A stretch of DNA of 64,000 nucleotides from Anaerolineae bacterium (GTDB taxonomy: Bacteria > Chloroflexota > Anaerolineae > CG2-30-64-16): assembly GCA_040766655.1 (NCBI GenBank), contig JAXGQB010000020.1, positions 28,327 through 92,326 of the forward strand. Direction: 5' to 3'. The notes beneath the pieces were generated by a model. The model was not told where the DNA came from and searched no databases. It saw only the letters and a program-made list of their open reading frames with translations. Each line of letters begins with the position of its first letter. Position 1 is the first letter of the stretch. Positions 24,685 to 34,239 of this stretch are shown here, in pieces. The translations under genes were made by a program, and so were the position numbers.

Positions 24685-24753
24685 GCCAGCCTGCGGTTGA
24701 AATCGCAGGCTGGTATCTGCAAAACACGCTGAGGCGGGTTGCATCACATCCCC
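24685..24753. repeat. ~69-nt double-hairpin repeat element, copy 2
   Basis: GCCAGCCTGCGGTTGAAATCGCAGGCTGG followed by AACACGC-tgag-GCGGGTT. Same orientation as copy 1. It starts 13 nt after the stop codon of the gene at 22948-24672. Confidence 0.85.
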
Positions 24754-24853
24754 AGATCCGCGAGTGCGCCTCAGCGTCCTTCGCCCTGCCAGCCGCTGGT
24801 TTTGGGTCGGTGGCGTCGCCTGCGGCATGGCGCGCGCCGGCGCCGGCGGCACG

Positions 24854-26137
24854 TCAGACGGATAGAATGGACCGCAGGATGGCCCCCACGGAAGCGGGGC
24901 GAAACATATCGCCGAAGACGGTGCGGTAGGGCAGGTGGCCCGACACGGCCCCGAAGAGCGCCTCCTGGAGGGCCGCGTTGTGCCGCGCGGCGCGCACCAC
25001 CGGGTCCACCAGGCCAAGCCGGGTCGCGAGGCTCACCAGCCGGCGCATGCCGAGGCCGTAGATCATGTCACCGGTGATGTCGCGATTGGCGCGCTCATAA
25101 TGCTCCGCGAACGCGCCCTCGGTGACCCCAGCGCTGAAGATGGCCTCCGCGGCGCGCATACCCGTCAGCACAGCGGATGAGACCCCCTTACCCTTGAAGG
25201 CCCGCACGAGACCCGCCGCATCGCCCACCAGGACGTAGCGGTTGCCGTAGTAGCGACCCGCAAGCGAGCACGGAAAGCGGCCCTTGAAGACACGGAGCGG
25301 GCCCGGCTCAGAAACAGTGGCTTGGTTGACGCCGGGCAGGACGGACCTGACCTCCGGCCGTGCCAGGAACGCGGCCATCTGCTCGTCGGTGACCGTGTTT
25401 CCCGCGATGTTGATCGTCAGGTGGGTGTCCTTGGGTGTCACCGCGCCGAATTCGATCGTCCCGTAGTTCCCCAGGTAGGCATGGATGCGGTTGCCGAAAG
25501 CGGCCATGCCCTCCGGCCCCGGGTGAAACCGGGTGACGACGCTGGTCAGCGCGTTAGGCGGACGGTAGCCGGTGGCCCGCGTGAAGACCGCGGCGGTGCC
25601 CTCGTCCATGCCGAACGCGCCCACGACAACGTCCGCCTCCAGCGGGCTGCTCTCCGAGTAGACTACCACCCGGTCGAGGTGAAAGTCCAGATCAACCACG
25701 CGCGCGCGGATGACGTTCACCCCGCGCGCCCGGGCACACTCCAGCATGTAATCGTCGAACTGAACGCGGCGCAGCGCAACGGAAGGCTCCTGCTCGTCCA
25801 GCACCAGTTGCTCGCGCGGGGTGTGCAGGATGTAGCCCACGATGCTGCGATTCGTCAGGTGCGTCGGAAAGTCGATGCCCAGATGGTCGGAGAGCAGCGC
25901 AGGCAGGGATACGGTCAGCACGCCGGAGCACAGGTTGTGATGAAAGGCTCCAGAGAACTGCTTGCCCTCCAGGATCGTGAGATGAATGCGGCGGCTGGCT
26001 GCCGCGGCCAATCGCTGCAACATGAGAGCACACGCGACCCCGCCCGGTCCGCCACCGACGATGACGACCCGGCTGTCATCCTCGAGCGCGCACGTGCGCG
26101 GCGCGGGCCGCGGCGCTCCGGTTTGGGCGCAGTTCAT
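24854..26137 (-). CDS. FAD-dependent oxidoreductase, geranylgeranyl reductase-like, paralog 1
   Basis: Dinucleotide-binding motif VVIVGGGPGGVACA and a GDAAG-type motif (LVGDAAGLV). Start set at ATG 26137, which has AGGAGGG upstream (track ORF 26173). Confidence 0.8.
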   Translation of the reverse strand: MNCAQTGAPRPAPRTCALEDDSRVVIVGGGPGGVACALMLQRLAAAASRRIHLTILEGKQFSGAFHHNLCSGVLTVSLPALLSDHLGIDFPTHLTNRSIVGYILHTPREQLVLDEQEPSVALRRVQFDDYMLECARARGVNVIRARVVDLDFHLDRVVVYSESSPLEADVVVGAFGMDEGTAAVFTRATGYRPPNALTSVVTRFHPGPEGMAAFGNRIHAYLGNYGTIEFGAVTPKDTHLTINIAGNTVTDEQMAAFLARPEVRSVLPGVNQATVSEPGPLRVFKGRFPCSLAGRYYGNRYVLVGDAAGLVRAFKGKGVSSAVLTGMRAAEAIFSAGVTEGAFAEHYERANRDITGDMIYGLGMRRLVSLATRLGLVDPVVRAARHNAALQEALFGAVSGHLPYRTVFGDMFRPASVGAILRSILSV

Positions 26138-26190
26138 GGTCTGGCAGCCCTCCTGTGCAGAGAGGTCCATCAACAGAGTGTGCTGCGTCG

Positions 26191-27477
26191 CTACGCGGTG
26201 CGCAGCAGGTGGCGGGCAAAAGATGCGACCCCGCGCGGCGCCAGGGCCAGCCGGAAGAGCCGGGCGTAAGCCTCATCCCCCGTCAGCATCCCCCACAGCA
26301 GTCGGGCATGGATGCGTCGCTCTGAGGCAAGCTCCGACTCGGCCTCCACCGCTCGTATGAAGGCCCCCGCGAATCGCGGCAGGCTCATGAGCCGGCCCGT
26401 CATCGAGTATAGCAGAGCGCCGTAACGATTGTCGACTGCGACCCTGCGGCACGAAGGCCGGTACGCCCGATGGAAGTCCTCCCGCCCGATGCCATCCTGG
26501 ACAGCTGCGGTCATGGCCGCGCGCGTCGTGAGAAAAGCCGAGTTGATGCCGTCCTTGAAGAGATGGGAGGCAGCGGCGTCGCCCACCGCAACCCAACGGT
26601 CGCCGTAATACACGGTGGCGGGCGTGGTTACGATGCGCGGGCTGCAACCACACATGCTCGACGGCGGGCCGTGGAAGTAGTTGTCCAGCAGATGCGCGTG
26701 CGCCTGATAGAACTGCACCAGCGCACCGGCCGCAGGACCCCGCCACAGCAACGACACGTTGAGGTACTCGCCCTTCGGGACGAGAGCGCCGAAGAGCAAT
26801 CCGGGTGGTTGGCCAAAGAAACCCACCACTGTATCGGCAGCCCAGGCATCGGGCCTGATGATCTCATCGTGAATCATGACCGCGCTATCGGGAGCCTGGT
26901 AACCGAAGCCCGCGTCGAGGGGTGAACGGCTGTTGACGCCCGTTGCCAGCACGAGCAGGTCGGCCGGCTCGGCGTCGTGGTCCGTGTGGATCACCGGCCG
27001 GTCCTCCCAGGTAACCTTGCGCACCCGGGTGCGGATGTATTGCGCGCCGGCAGCCACGGCCTGAGACATCAGAAAGCCATCGAAGCTGGCCGAGGGCGGG
27101 CCGGTGCGCCGACGTGGGCCCGAGCCGCGGTAGACGCTGATGATCCTGCGCCCTGCCACAGGTTGCTCGATGGTCGTCGTTTCGCCCGCGACGTGGACCT
27201 GGTAGACGCGCAACTCGGCTTGGACGACCTCGCGGGGGATCGTGAGACCCAGGAATTCCATGTGCCGCAGCGCATTCGCGGAGATGATGCCGGCACACCC
27301 TTTGCAGTTGCGTTGCGCACCAGGAGTGACGAGGTCGCGCGCCTCGTAGATAACGACGCGAGGTTCAACCCCCGCCTGCCGGGCCAAGGCCAGCAGGTGC
27401 AGGGCGGAAAAGGTGCCGGCCGGACCGCCGCCCACGATGGCGACGCGATCTCCGTCTCGCAGGCGTAAACTACTCAT
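26191..27477 (-). CDS. FAD-dependent oxidoreductase, geranylgeranyl reductase-like, paralog 2
   Basis: The internal ATG at 27477 gives MSSLRLRDGDRVAIVGGGPAGTFSA. VAVGDAAASHLFKDG is present. Lies 18 nt upstream of the paralog. Confidence 0.8.
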   Translation of the reverse strand: MSSLRLRDGDRVAIVGGGPAGTFSALHLLALARQAGVEPRVVIYEARDLVTPGAQRNCKGCAGIISANALRHMEFLGLTIPREVVQAELRVYQVHVAGETTTIEQPVAGRRIISVYRGSGPRRRTGPPSASFDGFLMSQAVAAGAQYIRTRVRKVTWEDRPVIHTDHDAEPADLLVLATGVNSRSPLDAGFGYQAPDSAVMIHDEIIRPDAWAADTVVGFFGQPPGLLFGALVPKGEYLNVSLLWRGPAAGALVQFYQAHAHLLDNYFHGPPSSMCGCSPRIVTTPATVYYGDRWVAVGDAAASHLFKDGINSAFLTTRAAMTAAVQDGIGREDFHRAYRPSCRRVAVDNRYGALLYSMTGRLMSLPRFAGAFIRAVEAESELASERRIHARLLWGMLTGDEAYARLFRLALAPRGVASFARHLLRTA

Positions 27478-27584
27478 CGCTCTGCCTCCGCGCGCACGTG
27501 TCGATATGACTGTATCACAGGGACAAGGAAAGGGCAAGCGATGAACAAACGATTGAAGACTGAAGATTAAGGATTGAAGATGAG

Positions 27585-27613
27585 TTGACGCACGGCCGAG
27601 GCGATGCTAGACT
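27585..27613 (+). promoter_or_regulatory. Candidate promoter of the ABC importer operon
   Basis: TTGACG (27585-27590), a 17-nt spacer, then TAGACT (27608-27613). Preceded by GATTGAAGA direct repeats at 27551 and 27572. Confidence 0.5.
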
Positions 27614-27662
27614 ACCGTGGCCATTGTGCAAGTCAGATACATCGACAAGGAGGAGAAGCGTT

Positions 27663-29324
27663 ATGTCACGGAAAATGGCGACCCTTGCTGTTCTCGTGCT
27701 CGTCATGGCTGTCGCGATCGCGTGCGCACCCGCCGCGCCGGCCCCGGCAACCCAGCCTACCGCTGCACCTGCTGCCGAACAGCCGGCCGCCCCCGCGGCG
27801 CCGGCCGAACAGCCCGCAGGTCCCGTAAAGGGCGGCACCATCGTCGTCGGCCTCCAGGCCGAACCCACCACTCTCGACTCCCAACAGATCAGCGACTACA
27901 ACTCGCACCGCGCCGCGTACGGCATCTACGACATGCTCCTCCGCTTCGAAGACGAGGGCACGAACGTTGAACCCGGTCTCGCAGAGCGATGGGAGATCTC
28001 CGATGACGGCCTGGAATATACGCTGTATCTGCGCCAGGGCGTCAAGTTCCACGACGGCACTGACTTCAACGCGGACGCGGTGAAGTTCAACATCGACCGG
28101 CAGATCGACGTGGACCATCCCTTCCACAACACCGGCCAGTTTGCCTACGCAGAGTTTACGTGGGGCATGGTGGACCGCGTCGAGGTCGTGGATCCGTACA
28201 CCGTCAAGTTCGTGCTGAAGGACAAGTTCGCGCCGTTCCTCAACCATCTTGCGATGCATCCGGCCGCCATGGCCAGCCCGGCTGCCGTCGAGAAGTACGG
28301 GATGGACTTCTCCATCAACCCGGTCGGCACCGGCCCGTTCAAATTCGTGCGCTGGACGCCCGGCGTCGAGGTCGTGCTGGAAAAGAACCCGGACTACTGG
28401 CGCGGCGAGCCGCTGCTGGACCAGATCATCTACCGCCCCATCATCGAGGATCAGTCACGCCTGACCGAGCTCGAATCCGGTGGGGTGAACTTCATGGTCA
28501 ACGTGCCGCCCGACGACCTGGCGCGCATCAAGGGCGACAGCCAGTACACCGTGGTCGAACAGGCCGGCATGCACACATGGTGGGTGGCCTTCAACCACGC
28601 GAAGGAGCCGTTCAACAACAAGCTGGTGCGCCAGGCCATGAACTACGCGATCAACAAGCAGGCGATCGTCGACAACATCCTGAAGGGCACGGGACAGCTC
28701 GCGGTCAGCCCGCTCCCGCCCGTCGTGTGGAGCTACACGGACGACATCCAGACCTACGAGTATAACCCGGAGAAGGCGAAGGAACTGCTGGCCGAGGCCG
28801 GCTATCCGGACGGGTTCACCTGTGACTTCTGGCTCCCCGAATCCGGCTCGGGCATGCAGCAGCCGGTCGTGATGGGAACCGCGATGCAGGCCGATCTCAA
28901 GGCCGTGGGCATCGACTGCACCATCCAGACGTTCGAGTGGGGCAGCTACCTGGAAAAGGTCATCGTGCCGCCCGACCAGGCCGAGTTCGACCTGATGGAG
29001 ATGTCGTGGATCGGCGACAACGGCGATCCCGACAACTTCCTGTACATCCTGCTGAGCGGCGAGCAGTTCCCGCCCAACGGCTACAACATGGGCTTCTACA
29101 ACAACGAAGAAGTCAACAAGCTCCTGGCCGAGGCGCGTGTCACGCTGGACAAGGCCCAGCGAACCGAGCTGTACGTGCAGGCGCAGAAGCTGATTGCCGA
29201 GGATCCGCCGTGGATGGTCATCGACCACGAATCGCAGATCGTGGCGATGAGCAACAAGATCAAGAACTTCAAGCTCCATCCCACCGGACCGTTCCGCTTC
29301 GACGAGGTGTGGATCGAGCCCTAG
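27663..29324 (+). CDS. ABC transporter substrate-binding lipoprotein, family 5 (peptide/nickel, DppA/OppA-like)
   Basis: AAGGAGGAG RBS. MSRKMATLAVLVLVMAVAIAC lipobox-type signal, an Ala/Pro linker, then the family-5 pattern (GGTIVVG..EP..LD, NPDYWRGEP). Confidence 0.88.
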   Translation: MSRKMATLAVLVLVMAVAIACAPAAPAPATQPTAAPAAEQPAAPAAPAEQPAGPVKGGTIVVGLQAEPTTLDSQQISDYNSHRAAYGIYDMLLRFEDEGTNVEPGLAERWEISDDGLEYTLYLRQGVKFHDGTDFNADAVKFNIDRQIDVDHPFHNTGQFAYAEFTWGMVDRVEVVDPYTVKFVLKDKFAPFLNHLAMHPAAMASPAAVEKYGMDFSINPVGTGPFKFVRWTPGVEVVLEKNPDYWRGEPLLDQIIYRPIIEDQSRLTELESGGVNFMVNVPPDDLARIKGDSQYTVVEQAGMHTWWVAFNHAKEPFNNKLVRQAMNYAINKQAIVDNILKGTGQLAVSPLPPVVWSYTDDIQTYEYNPEKAKELLAEAGYPDGFTCDFWLPESGSGMQQPVVMGTAMQADLKAVGIDCTIQTFEWGSYLEKVIVPPDQAEFDLMEMSWIGDNGDPDNFLYILLSGEQFPPNGYNMGFYNNEEVNKLLAEARVTLDKAQRTELYVQAQKLIAEDPPWMVIDHESQIVAMSNKIKNFKLHPTGPFRFDEVWIEP

Positions 29325-29358
29325 CCCGAGGCCCGAATTCCGCCTCCCGGTACTGACG

Positions 29359-29387
29359 GTTGGGGGCCCCCGACGGGGGCCCCCAAC
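29359..29387 (+). other. Perfect 13-bp stem / 3-nt loop hairpin between the binding-protein and permease genes
   Basis: GTTGGGGGCCCCC-gac-GGGGGCCCCCAAC. No U-tract. Its position is typical of an intra-operon mRNA stabiliser or partial terminator that raises binding-protein stoichiometry. Confidence 0.6.
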
Positions 29388-29453
29388 ACTCTCCCAAGCC
29401 GTTTCGGGGGCGACACCTGCGCCCCGGAACGCGTACAAGTCGTTCAGAGCGCC

Positions 29454-30401
29454 ATGACAACCTACTTCATCAAACGCGTTCTTGCCTTGATCCCGGTGCT
29501 GATCGGCGTCACGCTGCTGGTCTTCCTGATCATGCAGCTCGCGCCTGGCGACCCGGCGAAGATCATGCTGGGCACAAAGGCCACCGAAACGTCGCTGACG
29601 CAGCTGCGCCACGAACTGGGCCTGGACCAGCCGCTGCACGTGCAGTACCTGCGCTGGATCGGCCGCGTCCTCCAGGGGAACTTCGGCCGCTCGATCCAGC
29701 TCAAGCGCGAGGTGCTGCCGTTTCTGCTGGATCGCTTCAGAAATTCGCTCTATCTGACGGCCTTCGCGGCGCTCCTGGCCGCAGGCGTCGGCATACCCAT
29801 CGGCATCTACTCTGCGGCCCGGCAGCACTCCTTGGCTGACCGGGCGTCGGTGGTCATGGTGCTGGTGGGCTTTTCCGTGCCCATCTTCTGGTTGGGCATC
29901 ATCCTGCAGATCATCTTCGGCCTCCGGCTGGGGCTATTGCCCGTATCGGGCATCCACTCCACCGGGCGGACCGACTTCGTCGACCTGTTCCGGCACCTGA
30001 TCCTGCCCGGGCTGACGCTGGCCACCGGGCCGGCCGCGATCATCGCGCGCATGACGCGTTCGACCATGCTCGAAGTGATCCGGCAGGATTACATCCGGAC
30101 CGCGCGCAGCAAGGGCCTGCAGGAGCGCACGATCATCGGCCGGCACGCGGTGCGGAACGCGCTGATCCCCGTGATCACGGTCGTCGGGCTGCAGGTGGGA
30201 TACCTGCTGGGCGGCGACGTCCTCGTCGAGATCGTCTTCTCCTATCCCGGCATCGGCCTGGCCATGGTGAACGGGATCCTCGCGCGCGACTTTCCGCTGG
30301 TCCAGGGTGCGATCCTCCTCGTCGCGACGTCCTACGTGGTAGTGAACCTGGCCGTCGACCTGCTCTACGCCTACGTCGATCCCCGCATCCGGTACGGATG
30401 A
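29454..30401 (+). CDS. ABC transporter permease (DppB/OppB-like)
   Basis: 315 aa. N-terminus YFIKRVLALIPVLIGVTLLVFLIMQLAPGDP and the EAA-loop region YIRTARSKGL. Confidence 0.88.
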   Translation: MTTYFIKRVLALIPVLIGVTLLVFLIMQLAPGDPAKIMLGTKATETSLTQLRHELGLDQPLHVQYLRWIGRVLQGNFGRSIQLKREVLPFLLDRFRNSLYLTAFAALLAAGVGIPIGIYSAARQHSLADRASVVMVLVGFSVPIFWLGIILQIIFGLRLGLLPVSGIHSTGRTDFVDLFRHLILPGLTLATGPAAIIARMTRSTMLEVIRQDYIRTARSKGLQERTIIGRHAVRNALIPVITVVGLQVGYLLGGDVLVEIVFSYPGIGLAMVNGILARDFPLVQGAILLVATSYVVVNLAVDLLYAYVDPRIRYG

Positions 30402-31336
30402 CGGCCACGAGGTACGATGTGAACTCACCAACTGCCAGCGCCGCGGACGGTGCGGTGCAACTTGAACTGGCCGAGGGGCGGGCGCCCGTTTCGAAGAGCC
30501 CCGGCCAGCAGGCGCTTCGCCGCCTGCTGCGTGACCGCACCGCCATCGCCGCGGCCTTCCTCCTGCTGCTGCTCATCGCGATCAGCATCCTGGCCCCGCT
30601 CATCGCGCCCCGGGACCCGATCGCCACGAACCTGGCCCAACGGCTGGTACCGCCGGGCACGCCGGGCTACCCCCTCGGCGCAGACGACCTGGGCCGCGAC
30701 ATCCTGAGCCGGCTCATCTGGGGGGGCCGCATCTCGCTGCTGGTCGGCTTCAGCGCGGTGTTGGTCGCCATGGTGCTGGGCGTCTTCCTGGGCCTCATCG
30801 CCGGATACTTCGGCGGCTGGCTCGATAGCGTCATCATGCGGGGCATCGAGATGCTGATGGCCTTTCCGGCCATCCTGCTGGCCATCGCGATCGTCGCTGC
30901 GCTGGGACCCGGCCTGCGCAACGCGATGTTGGCGATCGCCATCGTCGGCATCCCCTATTACACGCGCATCTCGCGCGGCAGCGTCCTGACCGTGCGCGAG
31001 CAGGAATTCGTCACTGCGGCACGCTCGGTCGGCGGGAGAAGCTCGCATATCCTCGCGCGGCACGTCCTCCCGAACATTGTCGGGCCCCTGATCATCGCGG
31101 CCACGCTGGACGTCGGCTGGATGATCATGGCCGCGGCGGGGCTCAGCTTCCTGGGCCTCGGCGCACAGCCGCCCACGGCCGAGTGGGGCGTCATGCTCAG
31201 CCAGGGCCGCAATTTCGTCCGCAACGCGCCGCACGTCTCGATCGTGCCGGGCGCGGTGATCTTCCTCGTCGTGCTCGCGCTGAACCTGTTCGGTGACGGG
31301 CTGCGCGATGCGCTCGACCCGCGCGCACAGGAATAA
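30398..31336 (+). CDS. ABC transporter permease (DppC/OppC-like)
   Basis: 312 aa. ATGA overlap with the upstream permease gene. PLGADDLGRDILSRLIWG and EFVTAARSVG motifs. Confidence 0.88.
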   Translation: MTATRYDVNSPTASAADGAVQLELAEGRAPVSKSPGQQALRRLLRDRTAIAAAFLLLLLIAISILAPLIAPRDPIATNLAQRLVPPGTPGYPLGADDLGRDILSRLIWGGRISLLVGFSAVLVAMVLGVFLGLIAGYFGGWLDSVIMRGIEMLMAFPAILLAIAIVAALGPGLRNAMLAIAIVGIPYYTRISRGSVLTVREQEFVTAARSVGGRSSHILARHVLPNIVGPLIIAATLDVGWMIMAAAGLSFLGLGAQPPTAEWGVMLSQGRNFVRNAPHVSIVPGAVIFLVVLALNLFGDGLRDALDPRAQE

Positions 31337-31355
31337 ACTCAAAGGAGCCTGCTTC

Positions 31356-32234
31356 ATGACCTTACCGCATCCATCGACCTTCTCCATCGTCGCCCACGAT
31401 CCCGAGGCACAGGAATGGGGCGTCGCCGTGCAGTCGAAGTTCCTCTGCGTGGGCGCACTCGTCCCCTGGGCCAAGGCCGGCGTAGGTGCGATTGCCACCC
31501 AGTCGTTCTGCAACACATCCTTCGGGCCCGACGGCCTGACCCTGATGGCGAGCGGACTCAGCGCGCAGGAAGCGCTGGATCGCGTCCTTGCCGAGGATGA
31601 GGGCCGGTCCCGGCGCCAGGTGGGCTTCATCGACGCACTGGGCCGGGGCGCCACGTACACCGGCTCAGAGTGCAGCGCCTGGGCTGGCGGCCTGACGGGC
31701 CAGAACTATGCCGCGCAGGGCAACATCCTCGTCGGGGCCGAGACGGTGGAGGCCCTGGCCCGCTCCTTCGAGACATCGAAGGGCGAGCTCGCAGACCGCC
31801 TCGTGGCCGCGCTGGCCGCGGGCCAGGCCGCGGGCGGCGACCGCCGCGGGCAGCAATCGGCCGCCGTGCTGGTGGTGCGCGAGGGCGGCGGCTACGGCGG
31901 CTTCAACGACCGCTACCTGGACCTGCGCGTCGACGACGACGTCGCGCCCATCGAGCGGCTGGCCGCGCTCGTCGACCTGCATCATCTCTACTTCAAGCCG
32001 GCTGCGCCCGGCGAGCTGGTCGTCATCGAGGGCGAGACCGCTCGGGACGTGCAGCAGATCCTCAGGTGGGCGGGCTACTACGACGGCCCCATCTCGGGCG
32101 ACTACGACGAGGTCACGGCAAAGGCGCTGCGCGACCTGATCGGGACCGAGAACTACGAAGAGCGGTTCGACGAGCCGGGCGGGCGGATCAGCAGCCAGGT
32201 GCTGTCCCTGCTCCGCGACAAGTTCAAGGCCTAG
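31356..32234 (+). CDS. DUF1028-family (Ntn-hydrolase fold) protein with a C-terminal peptidoglycan-binding-like domain
   Basis: The AAAGGAG RBS and ATG 31356 give MTLPHPSTFSIVAHDPEAQEWGVAVQSKF. The C-terminus VQQILRWAGYYDGPISGDYDEVTAKALRDL resembles PG_binding_1. Confidence 0.75.
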   Translation: MTLPHPSTFSIVAHDPEAQEWGVAVQSKFLCVGALVPWAKAGVGAIATQSFCNTSFGPDGLTLMASGLSAQEALDRVLAEDEGRSRRQVGFIDALGRGATYTGSECSAWAGGLTGQNYAAQGNILVGAETVEALARSFETSKGELADRLVAALAAGQAAGGDRRGQQSAAVLVVREGGGYGGFNDRYLDLRVDDDVAPIERLAALVDLHHLYFKPAAPGELVVIEGETARDVQQILRWAGYYDGPISGDYDEVTAKALRDLIGTENYEERFDEPGGRISSQVLSLLRDKFKA

Positions 32235-32320
32235 CCGGCGAACCAGGGGGACCGCACCGATCGTGCCTTGAGCGTCCTGAGCGGAACGCAGCCGCCCGGC
32301 GATACGGGCGGCGGAGTGCA

Positions 32321-32366
32321 GTCGAAGGAGGCGGCCTTGACCAGTGTCCGCTCCGCCTCCTTCGAC
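32321..32366 (+). terminator. 14-bp perfect stem-loop downstream of the DUF1028 gene
   Basis: GTCGAAGGAGGCGG, an 18-nt loop, then CCGCCTCCTTCGAC. No U-tract. Followed by an extended -10-like TGgTATACT at 32429-32437. Confidence 0.5.
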
Positions 32367-32469
32367 TCCGGGCTATCGCCCGCCGCTCAGGATGCTCCGC
32401 TTCTCAAGACCTCAACGGACCGGGCCAATGGTATACTGCAACCGGCAACCGGAGCCCGACAGACACGCC

Positions 32470-34239
32470 ATGCCCACCGATGACCTTTACGAGCGCGTCC
32501 GGACCTTGCTGGACGTCGACCTGCCCGACCACCGCGCGGTGATCGCGGAGGGCCGCGCCGTCGCGGCCGGCCTCGCGCTGGGGCGCTCCGCGTTCTGCGA
32601 GGAGCTGGGCGTCGCGTCCGAGGCCGAATACAAGGCGCAGTGCAAGGCCAGCGGGACGATCATGTACCATGCCCACATCGGCATGGACTCGTGGCCGGAC
32701 ACCGCCGACGCGCTGCGCCACATCCACCGGGTGGCCCAGGCCGAAGGGTATCGCATCGACCGCGCAGGCATCTGCCTCGACCGGCGCATGGCCGTACCCG
32801 AGTCACTGCGCCGCGGCATCCCGGCCGAGACCGGGCCCCTCATCACCTCCCCCGCAGAGTGGCGCGAGATCGGCCAGGTCGTGCCCATCCAGCCGCACAT
32901 GGGCGACTTCATGATCGGCTTCCCCGCCGCGACGGCCAACACGGTCCACGCGCTCCGCGCGGGCGTGACCACCATCGGCAACCTCTCGCAGTACTTCAGC
33001 CACGAGGCGCCGGGCTGGAAGGATCCCGTGACCACCGCGGTTGAGACCGTGCGCGCGATCGCGATCCTCGGCGCGCGGCGCGAGGCCGGGCTGCTGCTCC
33101 ACTCCTACCTGGAGGACGGGTACGCCGCGCTCTTCTTCGACTGCGCGACCGTGGCCGGCTGGGCGCTCCTGGAGCGCCACATCGTGGAGACGCTGCTCGG
33201 CGCGCGGCTCAGCCACTGCATCGGCGGCCTGACCACCGACCCCCTCAAGCGCGCGGGCTGGGTGTTCGCGCTGGACGAGCTCCACGACCACGACTGCCTG
33301 GGCTCGATGATCTACGGCGACACCATCTCGCTCACGCGCGACTTTCCGCGCAACTGGGCCGTGATCGGCGAGTACCTGCTGTGGGACATCCTGGCCCAGC
33401 TCGCGTGTCCGACCGGCCACGCAGTGCACCCGCTGCCCATCACGGAGGCGCTCCGCATCCCCTCCGCGGAGGAGATCGCGGAGGCGCAGACGTTCGGCCG
33501 CCAGGTGGAACGGACCGCGCGGCGCCTGCACGGTTCGGTCGACCTGGGGCCGGCCCGCCTGTTCGCGCGGCAGATGGTCGACGCCGGCCGCCGCGTGGCC
33601 GCGGCCGCGCTGGACGGCCTGGCGGACGCGGGAGTGGATGTCCACAATCCCCTCCAGCTGCTTTACGTGCTCAAGGGGCTGGGCTCGGTGGCGTTCGAGC
33701 GCTGCTTCGGCGCGGGCGCGCTGGACGAGGCCACCGGCCGCCGGCAGCCGCTCGTGCCGACCGACATGTGCGCGCGGTCTCTGGCGCTCATCGACGAGCA
33801 TCTGCCCATGTTCACGGCAGAGAGGATGCGCGGGCTGATGGGGGGACGCAGGCTCCTGCTCGCCTCGACCGACGTGCACCAGCACGCGCTCTTCGTGCTG
33901 GACGCGCTGCTGCGCGAGGCGGGCGCTGAGGTGGTGAACCTGGGTCCGGAGCAGGACGCGGCCGACGTGGCGCAGGGTGCGGCAGCGCACGGCGTCGAGG
34001 CCATCCTGCTCAGCACGCACAACGGCATGGCGCTCGAGTACGCGCAGCAGCTGCGAGCGGCACTGGCACGGCTCGCGGTGGACGCGCCGGTGCTGATGGG
34101 CGGGGTGCTGAACCAGAAGGTGGCCGGCCTGCCGCTGCCCGCGGACGTGACGCAGGAGCTCCGGCGGCTGGGCATCCGCACCGGCTCGCTCACGGACGGC
34201 GGCTGGCCGGGCCTGTTGGCGGAGAGGGGGGAGACATGA
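32470..34239 (+). CDS. Mutase-like protein: large N-terminal domain (distant GlmE-like impression) fused to a C-terminal B12-binding-like Rossmann domain
   Basis: Start at ATG 32470 (MPTDDLYERV). The C-terminal ~130 aa (LLLASTDVHQHALFVLDALLREAGAEVVNLG...ILLSTHNG...VLMGGVL) have B12-binding-domain spacing, but the motif reads DxHxxA. The N-domain family is not securely recognised. Confidence 0.5.
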   Translation: MPTDDLYERVRTLLDVDLPDHRAVIAEGRAVAAGLALGRSAFCEELGVASEAEYKAQCKASGTIMYHAHIGMDSWPDTADALRHIHRVAQAEGYRIDRAGICLDRRMAVPESLRRGIPAETGPLITSPAEWREIGQVVPIQPHMGDFMIGFPAATANTVHALRAGVTTIGNLSQYFSHEAPGWKDPVTTAVETVRAIAILGARREAGLLLHSYLEDGYAALFFDCATVAGWALLERHIVETLLGARLSHCIGGLTTDPLKRAGWVFALDELHDHDCLGSMIYGDTISLTRDFPRNWAVIGEYLLWDILAQLACPTGHAVHPLPITEALRIPSAEEIAEAQTFGRQVERTARRLHGSVDLGPARLFARQMVDAGRRVAAAALDGLADAGVDVHNPLQLLYVLKGLGSVAFERCFGAGALDEATGRRQPLVPTDMCARSLALIDEHLPMFTAERMRGLMGGRRLLLASTDVHQHALFVLDALLREAGAEVVNLGPEQDAADVAQGAAAHGVEAILLSTHNGMALEYAQQLRAALARLAVDAPVLMGGVLNQKVAGLPLPADVTQELRRLGIRTGSLTDGGWPGLLAERGET

